Below, in pieces: positions 1 to 10,100 of a stretch of DNA of 64,000 bases. Both the position numbers and the translations under genes were made by a program. The number at the start of each line of letters is the position of its first letter. Within the stretch, counting starts at the first letter, position 1. Below the pieces are notes generated by a model. That model did not search any database. It saw only the letters and a program-made list of their open reading frames with translations, and had not been told where the DNA came from. Source of the DNA: a virus; the IMG/VR virus record IMGVR_UViG_3300016675_000314; one strand, given 5' to 3'.

Positions 1-1911
1 TCTGTCTAGAATAAAATGATACCCTTTAGCATCAAAGCTCTTAAACCCCATAGCTAAAGAGGTATAACTTCTAGATGTATCGTACTCATTATCAAAAATG
101 TTAGCAGGCGACAGATTACTAATATCTTTATCAGATGTATCCATCCCCTTTTTCATCACTTGTTCTCTAAGCCATGCGCCGTAATCATTTACTTTTTTAT
201 CGCTACGAGATACAAACGTTTTACCAAAATAAGTAGTCATAGCTACTCTATCTGGATCAGTTTTTCTAAAAGGCACATCACCTCTTTGTTTGCGCTGTCT
301 GTATCTTACGCCGCCAGAGACGTAAACACCCTCTTCATCCAATACAGGAATATTAAACCTTAATGTGCTAGGCAAACCTTCAATTGGCGTAATTCTGACT
401 GTATGGATATCAAACTTACCAGAAATGTTCTCAACTCTTTCAACATCGTATTTGTTAATAACAAACCCACCCTTTTGAGAGTTCACAACCATTGATGCAA
501 TATCTTTATTAAGCACGTGCTTAATATACTGCTCATCAAATTCCACCAAGCTGTTTTTTAGCATGGTCTTATCTGGTACAGTAGCTATGTCTTCAAATTT
601 ATAAGAGTCAATCACTAAATCTTTATTAGAAACACTTGCAAATTCAGACAGTGATTCATTACTAAATGGAGACTTAATTTTCTTATAGTTTTCACTTAAA
701 TTAAGAAAACGTCTATATTCGGCTGCAGTTAACGCTCCGTTATCGGCTAAGTCGTCACAGACTTTCTTTAAAACTTCTTCTGGCGTCTCACCTATCTTAA
801 AATCATCCAAAGATACGATAGAATGAACGCGTTCTTTTTGTTCATCTAAACTATCGTCAATTTCTTCTTCAGAAGATAGTTTTTCAAGTGTTGCTAAATC
901 ATCGTCAAGATTATCGAGTAAAGACTGGGCTATATCGCTAGCTGATTTTTCCCCATCATCAGTCTCGCTAGCGGATACCTCTGTAGGGTTTACGGATATT
1001 TTAACACCACTTTCTTCGTCGGTAGTTATTTCATCATCGACGACTACACTGGTGCGAAGCGCCATCATAGTCATCATTAACTTTAAAAACCTCTTTTGAA
1101 GATCGATTGGTGCAATCTTAGTTTTTTGACCCTCTAATTCTTGACCTTTAATATAACGCCATGAATTAATAGTGCCAAGATTAATAACTACGTATCTACC
1201 AGACTCTTTAAAAATAATGTTTATTTTTTTCAAAGATTCTTGAGAAACATCGCCAATGACACTTTCATACCGATGTTCTTGGCTGAGCCATTTCCAAATC
1301 TCTAGTAAGAACCATGAATTAGGACCTCCGAGATTTCTTACTGTTTTATCTGTAAACTTATTAGCATGAACATTTAGAGTATTCATGCTGGGCAGCTTTT
1401 CAGGTAAATCAAAAAACATAAACTGGTGTCTATCACTATACTGCGCTATCTCGACAGCTTTAGACCACATAGTCTTTTGTAAATTCCACCACTTGTAGTA
1501 GTCGGCATAAATACTTCTTACATACCTATAACCTTTTGCTACTGGACAATAGTTTACAGCAATCAAAGTGTATGGATCGCTAACGGTTTCAGTTGGTTTA
1601 TCCGCATACCTGAAGCGTTTATTCTTCATGTGGTATTGTCGAATCAACTGCATCAGCATGAGCGATGTCTTTTTTGGACTACCTCTATCACTCGATAGCG
1701 TCTGGATGTGTTCTACATAAATTTTCTTTTGAATATCTCTGTAAAAGTATTCGCTAGATTCAGGACCATCTAAAACACTATCCCAGCTCATGTAGTGATG
1801 AATGCTGCCTAGCGGGAATTGAAATTTATCAATCGTAGGCATGTAGGGCAGCATTAAGTGTGCTGGCAGCCTGACAGCATTACGACGATAAAAGATATCG
1901 TAAGTAAACAT
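1..1911 (-). CDS. Virion RNA polymerase beta subunit, N-terminal portion (phiKZ gp178-like); runs off the left edge of the window
   Basis: Absent from the ORF track, translated by hand. ATG at 1911 with AAGGA upstream; reads open to position 1 (MFTYDIFYRRNAVRLPAHLM...VRYRQRKQRGDVPFRKTDPDRVAMTTYFGK...). The sequence style and the position directly downstream of the beta' gene, opposite a gp181-like gene, match the recalled phiKZ gp178-180-181 layout. Confidence 0.8.
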   Translation of the reverse strand, partial: MFTYDIFYRRNAVRLPAHLMLPYMPTIDKFQFPLGSIHHYMSWDSVLDGPESSEYFYRDIQKKIYVEHIQTLSSDRGSPKKTSLMLMQLIRQYHMKNKRFRYADKPTETVSDPYTLIAVNYCPVAKGYRYVRSIYADYYKWWNLQKTMWSKAVEIAQYSDRHQFMFFDLPEKLPSMNTLNVHANKFTDKTVRNLGGPNSWFLLEIWKWLSQEHRYESVIGDVSQESLKKINIIFKESGRYVVINLGTINSWRYIKGQELEGQKTKIAPIDLQKRFLKLMMTMMALRTSVVVDDEITTDEESGVKISVNPTEVSASETDDGEKSASDIAQSLLDNLDDDLATLEKLSSEEEIDDSLDEQKERVHSIVSLDDFKIGETPEEVLKKVCDDLADNGALTAAEYRRFLNLSENYKKIKSPFSNESLSEFASVSNKDLVIDSYKFEDIATVPDKTMLKNSLVEFDEQYIKHVLNKDIASMVVNSQKGGFVINKYDVERVENISGKFDIHTVRITPIEGLPSTLRFNIPVLDEEGVYVSGGVRYRQRKQRGDVPFRKTDPDRVAMTTYFGKTFVSRSDKKVNDYGAWLREQVMKKGMDTSDKDISNLSPANIFDNEYDTSRSYTSLAMGFKSFDAKGYHFILDR

Positions 1912-1931
1912 AATCTTTTAATTTCCTTTTA

Positions 1932-2114
1932 TTAAACCGGCTCAGGATCACCTGTCATATTGTGCAAAACAAAGTTAATAGTATCAATACCTATACTAAA
2001 ATTCATCTTGCCGTTTGTACCAATATAGAATTTTCTACTATTTAAGAGGGTATCTACCTCCGCAATAGCTTCATCAGAGTACGTAATAGAACCACTTGCT
2101 GTATCGCCATCAAA
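1932..2114 (-). CDS. Exon 2 of the virion RNAP beta' subunit (60 aa, begins FDGD)
   Basis: TTT GAT GGC GAT at 2114-2103 follows the intron-terminal G (2115). Open to TAA at 1934-1932: FDGDTASGSITYSDEAIAEVDTLLNSRKFYIGTNGKMNFSIGIDTINFVLHNMTGDPEPV. Joined to exon 1 it restores LGADFDGD. Confidence 0.92.
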   Translation of the reverse strand, partial: FDGDTASGSITYSDEAIAEVDTLLNSRKFYIGTNGKMNFSIGIDTINFVLHNMTGDPEPV

Positions 2115-2596
2115 CTTGTTGTTCAGTAAGGGGCGTTAAGCCTTACCCGCAGCATTACCTGCAAACGCTGCATGTCTCCATGCAGAACAGACCATATCTT
2201 CACCTTCACCATTACATGTTAAGGTGTTTCCCATTTCGGACCACTTGGCCCTACCCCTTGCCTAAGGGTTGGTCGTTGAACCTTTCTCATACGCTGTATA
2301 CACTGCGCTTAGAGACTTGGCTGCTGATTTTCTCTACCCTTGTGTTTTTTGACATTCACGTTTAGCTTTTCAGCTTACGTTGTAGTACACAGGTCTTACG
2401 AGATGTTCCAGCAATTAAAGAAAAATCTTCTTTTACATTTCTGCAAAAGAGGACAATGATAACCTTTCGAAATCTGGATAAAAGATTCTAAAGTTCCTTA
2501 CAACTTTCATTCCTTGTATCCAAACTTCCGGAAAGCATATCTAACTCCTATAAATTGTCATTTATAGGGTACGTAGATATACAGCGGTTATCGATC
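2115..2596 (-). mobile_element. Self-splicing group I intron, 482 nt, no homing endonuclease ORF (IA-like, with extra stems after P7)
   Basis: The 5' exon ends in U (GAT) and the intron ends in G. Core elements on the minus strand: P AATTGCTGGAA (2416-2406), Q AATCAGCAGCCAAG (2329-2316), R TTCAACGACCA (2280-2270), S AAGATATGGTC (2200-2190), giving P7 GACCA/TGGTC. P2 is CTTTTGCA-GAAA-TGTAAAAG and P9 is CTGCATG-GAGA-CATGCAG, both with GNRA loops. The IGS at 2464-2451 places a U.G wobble at the 5' splice site. Confidence 0.93.
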
Positions 2597-4051
2597 ATCG
2601 GCACCGAGGCTAGCTAGTTTTGAAGAATGGGGACTCATTGATTCAACAAACGCGCCAGCTTCCTGAGGATACTGGTATGCCGTTTTATCTGCAATTGGTT
2701 CCCATAAATCATCTAACGGAATTAACTTTAAACCGGTTGTAGTGGTTTTAAGATAAGTCTTGCTAGGATAGATAGAGTGCGGTGAAGCAATAGGGTAACG
2801 AGTAACAAATAAGGGGTATTTGTTAGACCCTTCGTAAACACTCACATACATCAATTCAATAAATGTAATCGGTTTTACATTTTCTAATTTGAATCGTTTT
2901 GGTAAATCATCAATATCTTGAAAAAACTTAAAGTACTTATCGTCTTTATAAACTAATCCAAGATAATGACCATTTACCTCAATAGGTCTGTGCCTGAGAC
3001 TGGCTTCACCAAAATTAGAAATAACTTTCTCTAAGCCCTCATCAGTCATCCAATAATCAAAAACCTCGGGTTTTATATCCACAAGTTTTCTTTTAAAGCT
3101 ATTTTTATCTACAAGTACTGCTGGATTATTAGGGCCAGTAAACACCGTAGAGAGGAACCCATTTTTTAATTTGAATTTACTGATAGGTAGTGTTGCTTTT
3201 AAAAACTGATACAAACCAATAATTGTATCGTTAAACTTCAAGGCGCCCGGTGCACGTATTTCATCAGTAGTCACATGCATCGATGTAATAACGTTACGCG
3301 TTGTGTTGAAGATCTTTCTTGACGCCCATTTACCAAGCATTAGTTTTTTCTTACCCTTTACCATAGATTCAAAGAGTTCATAAATTTCATTGAACGTTCT
3401 TTGCATGGTCATTCTGGTGCTGTTGTAAATTTTAATATCAGCGTCAGAGATATTATTAGGTATTGTGGATGCTAGGCCTATTAGTTTTTTATATAAGCCA
3501 TTGACCTCTTCTTCAGAATATCTTCCGTCACCTTGAATTTCAAAGTCACGCATTCCAGCTGGAAGCACCACTACTTTAGAAGGTAAGGCTGCTGATTTTT
3601 TAGACTTATATTTCTCAATAAGTTTAATATACTCATTGCGAAGATCACTGGGTCTTTTAGGAAACTCTATTTTATCCCAGTATTTAATAAAGAAATCAAA
3701 GCCTGTCTCACCGTCCATGGGGTTGGATGTTTCAAAGTCTTTAAGCTCATTATTCCAAATGGCGTACACTTTACCAGACATAATGTCTGCGTATACTTTT
3801 CTTAATGCCACAAGTGAATTATAAATTACAGGATGAAATACCTGAATCTTTATATCGATATATGAAAAATTTCTTTTTCTTCTTTCATCACCGACTTTAC
3901 CAAAAATTATAGTTGAGTATAATCCCTCGTCATGAAAGTTTTTACTCATACCGTCAAAGATATCAGATACCTTGACTGGTTTTAAACCGTTTAAAGTACT
4001 TTCCTCAATAGGTAGTAGCGCAATGTTAAAAGGTATTGCTAAATTACTCAT
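2597..4051 (-). CDS. Exon 1 of the virion RNAP beta' subunit N-part (phiKZ gp180-like); spliced product 545 aa
   Basis: The 487-aa ORF has beta' motifs (VVVLPAGMRD, GKWASRKIFNTTRNVIT, VTRYP) and ends ...LGAD|DR*, in the middle of the (N)ADFDGD catalytic motif. The rest of the motif is in exon 2. Confidence 0.92.
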
Positions 4052-4121
4052 GTTAGTTGGCCCTAACGGTTGATACAGCTGAAATTATTGTGAATGACTA
4101 ATACACTAATGGGAGCCATTA

Positions 4122-7100
4122 ATGGCAAATAAAAAACTTGAAGGCGATCCGTTTTTCCCTGACGACGCTCTGAACTTACCAGATTTTGATTTTGGTCTAC
4201 CAGAACAAAAGGACGATAGGTCTCCGGTAACTAAAGCTTTAAAAGGAGTAAAAGAAGGTGCTATTAGTACTTTTAAAGACTCCTCTTATATTAAACGCTT
4301 ACTAAGACAGGCGCTGCCGCCTGTTTATGGTGAGGTAGAAAACGTTTATAACGAGAGCACGGAAGGTATCAAGAAGCTATACAATTCAGCCTCTCGTGAA
4401 ATAAAACCTGCATTAAATGATCTTACTCGCTCAGTCGATAGACTTGTACCAGCCGAGCAAAAGAAGATTAAATCTATTATTGATAAAATCAATAAAGCTA
4501 CTAAAGGTAAAAAAGTAGCAGAGTATAGTGACAGCGATAGAGATAGACAGCGTGAAGATAACCTTGTAATTGAGCTAGGTAATATCTTTACAAAAGAAGC
4601 TGAAAAGAGCGACGCCATTGAAGCTAATAAGCGAGCTGAAGACAAAGTAGAATCTAGAATACGCGATAGTGTTTCTCTTACTAGGCACAAAGATACCGTC
4701 GGTATATTAACTAGTATTAGTCAAGCAACACAGGCGTCTACTAGGTATCAAGAGAAGATAACGGCAGCGTACCAAAAGAAGTCTCTTGAATTACAAATGA
4801 GAGGTTACTGGTTAGCGGCAGATGCATATAAAGCACAAAGAGCTGACGCTGCAAAAATGGGCGCTCAGTTAGAAGCTATTACTAAGAATACTGCTCTTCC
4901 TGAATTTGTTAAATTACGTAAAAACGAAGCATGGAAAGAGCAACTTAGAAATAAATTTATATCTGACATGAATGCCGGGCTTTTTGGTAAGCGTGTAAAC
5001 TTTGTTAGAAATTTCTTTGAACGTCTATCCACTGCCGCCACAGATAAAGCCATGAATTTGGCTAATGCATTCTCTGCTGGCGCTATGGGTGCTGAAATGG
5101 TCAGTAGTGGTAAGGATATGGGTGAAAATCCTTATACGGCTACTGGTAAGGTGATCGGCGCTAAAACAGCTGAAAACCTTGGAATGAAGCTTGGCAATAA
5201 GGTTAGAGAGAAACTTGACAAATCTCCAAGAGCCGCTAAGTTGTTTAGGGATGCGAATTACGGTGTTCGTAATTTACCGCAATTAGCTAATGATTTTGCT
5301 AACGGCGGGAATTACGAGGAAAGCATTATAAAAAGAATAGGCAGGGCCATCATAGGTGCTGGTATTGGTAGTTTATCACCAGATGTAAGAGTCCAAACAG
5401 ACAGTGCCTTAAACTTAGATCCTGACAACGCAGGTAGTTTAGCTAGGCCGGTTAGTTTTACAAGTCACACTAACAAATCTATAACTGAGATTATTCCTGG
5501 TTATCTTGCTAGAATTTTTAGAGAAATACAAGTACTTAGAACCGGTAATAACGCAATTGGTCTGACCACCTATGACCTCACTAAGAATAGGTTCCTGGAT
5601 TCCGCTAAAGCAGCTAAAAACGCACTCAAGAGCATTGTAACAGAGGCAAGTGTTTCTGCACACAATGAAAGAGTAACTTCATTAATGAAGACTCTTGGTG
5701 CTGATAAAAAATTAACTAAAGAAGAACAAGAAAAGTTAGGGGAGTTCTTCACTAAGCAAAATCTAAAAGGAGTATTGCTTAGTCCTGAAAAGTTAATGAA
5801 TTCAAACTTTTATAAAAAAGCAGGCATTGATAGAAATGTCGCCAGTGGATTATTTAGAGATTATTTTAAAAGTAGTGACGGTAATCTTCAAGATAACTAC
5901 GCATCATCTAAAAGAAGAGATGAGATTAATAGTTCGTTATCTAACTTAGGCAGGGACTTTAATGACTCTAGAGCACTAGTGCAGCAGATGATAAATCTCG
6001 GCATGTATTCAGAGCTTAGAGAACTTGGTCTACTTAATGAAAATAATAACACCATTAATCTTGATAAAATAACTGAACTTTACGGTTCAGCCAAAAAGTT
6101 TAAGCCTAGTGTTAACGGCGTTGGCGGCAGACATATGTTAACTACCGTGGCTACTAGTGCTGGTAAGCGGCAATCTAGTAACAATACGTTTAACACTACA
6201 AACATTGTCGGTACACCTCCAGCTGATAGAAGTGCTCAGTTAAATGAAGCTATTAAAACTATTGTGGGATCTATCGATAGTGTCGTAGGACATATCAAAG
6301 ATCAAAATGAAAATCAACAGCGACTTTTTAATAAAACCACTAGCGATGATGCTTATAGTTTAATTATTAAAAATAGTAGCAGAACAAATGAAATTCTTGA
6401 AAGCATTCACGGACTATTAAATGATAGATTAAAGATTGTTATAAATAGATTACCTAAATTATCAACAGGCATTGGCGATAAGCTTAGTGCTGCTGGCGAC
6501 AGTTTAAAGAATAAAGCGGAATCGGTTTATGATAAAATTAAGGCTGCCCCAGGTGAAGGTTTAGAAACCATTAAAGGCAGTGCTAAGAATATCTATAATA
6601 AAACTTTAGGTAAATTAGTAAAACCTGTAAAACCTGTTTTTAATTTTGGTAAAAATGTAACTAAGTTTTGGTGGAAGTCTACTGCTAAACCTTTAGGTGA
6701 AGCTGCTGTAAAGACTGCCGGTATTGCAGGAAGAGTGGCGGCCGACACCATTATTCAAATTAGGGATATTTGGATAGATGGTGAAGATCAACCAAGACTT
6801 ACAGCAGTTAAGTTACGAGCCGGTAAATACTTCAACGCTAAAACTGGTGAAGTGCTTAAGAAGATCCATGAAATCAAAGACGGCGTCATGGATGAAGACA
6901 GGAATCTTGTTTTATCTAAAGAAGAAGTAGCTAAAGCCTACACCAGAAACGTAAAGGGCGGAATTATTCCTGTTACGGCTTCTTTATTACGCGGAGCATT
7001 TGATGGGGTAATGGGTTTTAATTCGTTTATGAATAAACACATTACAATGCCTGCACTTAGAGCCGCAATAACTATTGGTAAGGCTACGTTTGGTTTCGGT

Positions 7101-10100
7101 AAAGATCTTTTTGATCAACCCACTGATATTTACGTAAAAGGTGATAACGAACCCACACTGCTTTCAGTCATTATGAAAGCTGGTGGTTACTTTTCTAAAC
7201 TTACCAGTAAACCTATAACAAGACCATCGATGATTGACGGCCCTGTTCTTAATAAGGACGGTGACGTTGTTCTTACAGAAGACATGCTAAAGAAAGGCAT
7301 CGTTGATAAGTTTGGTAGAAGTGTTGGCTCTCCGTTTATGAATCTTGCCAGATTTGCTGGAGCAGGAATTAGAGCAGCATTTATGATTGGTAAGAAAACC
7401 TTTAACGCCGTAAACGATGTGATGGGTGGTTTATTTGGCAAGGGCGGAGAATTAATTGGTGACTTTTTTGGAAAGTTATCTAACGCTTTAGGCGGCGGTA
7501 AGTCTTACGATGTCTTAATACAAATTAGAGACCTTCTTGATAGACGACTTCCTAAATCTTCTAAGATCTTGGGTGACCACGACGGTGACGGGATTAAAGA
7601 AGGCTCCACTTTAGACATTCTTAAAAAGAGAATGAAAGCTAAAGAAGACCGCCAAGAAGATGATCCCGAAGCATTAAAGGGCGGTGTTGTTAATTCCGGT
7701 AGAGAAAACACAATAGATAGAGTAGTTCGTTTAGCCGGAGAAGCAAAAGATAAGATATCTAGTTTCTTTGGAGACGGTGACTCTGGTGTCGATATTGATA
7801 TTGACGGTAAAAAATCAAGAAGAGATAAAGCCAAAGATCGTCTCAAACGAATGAAACGAAATAAGGCTAAAGGTAAATTAGGCAAAGCACTAGAAACAGC
7901 TAAAGCCAAAGGTGTAGCTATTGGTAAGAAGATTGGTGAAACTAAAGGTTATAAGGCTGCGTCAGATGCGGCTAAAGCCGCTGCTAGTAAGGCGTCGAAT
8001 TCAAGCCTAGGTAGTAAAGTTTTGGGTGGATTAGGTAGTGCTGCAGAGGCTGGTAGATCCATTGGCGGTAGCGGTCTTCTTGGCAAAGGTCTTAAAGTAG
8101 CTGGCGCTGCTGGTGCTGCATACGGTCTTTATAGCGCTTATGATAATGCTACTAAAGGAAATTATGGTAGCGCTGCTTTAGACTTAGGATTAGCTGGATT
8201 AGGAACAGCCACAATGTTTGGTGGCACAGGTGCCTTAGCCGGTATTGGTAGTGCTGCGCTAGCTGCTGGCGGCTCTATATTAGCTGGAGCAGGAGCGGTT
8301 TTAACATCTCCTGTTACTCTTGGTGTATTAGCTGTTGGTGCCGCTGGTTATGCTGGTTATAAACTCTATAAGCATTTTGGCTCACCTAAAATGGATCCGT
8401 TAACCAGACTGCGTATGGCACAGTATGGTTTTGGTTCCGAAGATAAAGATTATATCGCAAAAGTGCAAGCATTTGAAAAAGAAATGCTTCAATACGTGAG
8501 TTATAGTGATGGTAAGGCACAGCTGAGTGTTGATGACGAAAAGGCTTCTAAGTTAATTACTTATTTTGACTTTGAAGCTAAAGATAGACCTCAGTTAGAA
8601 AACTGGTTAACATGGGTACAAAAACGTTTTAAACCTATTTTCCTAACTCACCTCACAGCTCTTAAGTCTATTGGACAAGACAGCGGTATACTGCTTGCAA
8701 TGGATAAGTTGGATGCTGCTTTACAGAAGAAATATCTAACACTTGTTAAATTTGTAGACGGACCGTACGATGAGACTACTTCACCGTTTGCTGACCTTAA
8801 GTTATTACCAGCAGGCGTCGCTTTAGTTAAATTTGTAACTAGTGAAGTAGAAAAGAGCATTGATAAGCTAATCGAAGACGATAAAGTAAATAAGAATACT
8901 AAGCTAGATGCTGGCGCAGCTGCCGGCATTACAACGGCCGCTGCTCAAAGTAAGCTTGGACTTAGTTCTCAAGACGAAATTAATGCAAAAGCTATTGATA
9001 AAGCTAATGAATCTAGATTTACTAAATTTGTTAAAGGTGCTACTGAGTCTGCCCTTAAAATAGCGCCAGTGGCAGCAGCGTACACAGCAACTACATTTGC
9101 AGCTAAAACTGTGGGTAGATGGATGGGGTTTGCTGTTGAGGCTGATGAAGCTGTTCGTTTCAAGACCTACGGTTTAATTGAAATGGATAGACTTAAGGTT
9201 ATTGGATTACGTAATTTAGAAGAAGTTGTCGATAAGGACGTTAAGTTTGCAGCAGACGGTAAAGCCACTTGGGATGGCTCTATTGGTAAAATAATTGACA
9301 CTGTTAAAGGTGATTTTGAAATTACCGGTAAGAATACTCCTGAAGGTAAAGCTTTTGTAGAGTGGTTTAGTAATCGCTTTATGAGCGCTTATTTGGCTTA
9401 TCGTACATTTCTTAAACAAGCTACTGGTAAGATTAGTCAATCGGACGGTGAAAAAGGTCTTAAACCAGAAGACAGATTAGACATTGCTACTAAAGTAGCT
9501 TCTACAGATGTTTGGTCTAAAATAGTTTCACCATGGATGGACTATCGTCTATCTACCGATTCTTCTAGCGTAAAAGAAAATCTTCAATTACTAAAAGATC
9601 AATCTAAGAGTAGCACGCTTAACGAAAAGAAATCTAGTAATGAAAAACCAAAAACAGGTTTAGCTGCTGCTATTAATAAAAATGCTGAGGCTAATAAACC
9701 AGATAACAGTACAGGTATAAATAACAGTAATAGTAACCCTATTAAAACACAAAGTGCTGCAGCTGTAGGCGCGACCACAAACTCATCTTCAGCCTCTGTT
9801 GGTGAAGACGGTGATTCTGCTAAAGCTAACGCTAAAGTAACTGGGGGTGGGTCAGCCACGTTGGCCGGCGGTGGAACCGGTGGCATGGGGTTAAGTAAAG
9901 CCGCCCCTGGTCCTCTTAAAGACGGAACTGGCGCAGATGCTGCCTTACTCTTTTATAAGGGCGCTAGACTTGACGGTATGCATCCTGATATGCTCCGACT
10001 ATTTAAAGGAATGGTCCAAGAGTATAATGAATTAACTGGTAAGAAAGTACAGGTTAACGACGGTTACAGAACTTTTGCCGAACAAGAAGCACTTCATAAA

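Noticed and set aside
2096-2365. 89-aa plus-strand ORF as an intron homing endonuclease
   Set aside because: It is antisense to the intron, overlaps the ribozyme core and has no HNH, GIY-YIG or LAGLIDADG motif.
2588-2599. RNAP beta' gene as a truncated pseudogene or a stop-codon recoding case
   Set aside because: The intron and exon 2 restore the motif exactly, and all other long genes read normally in code 11.
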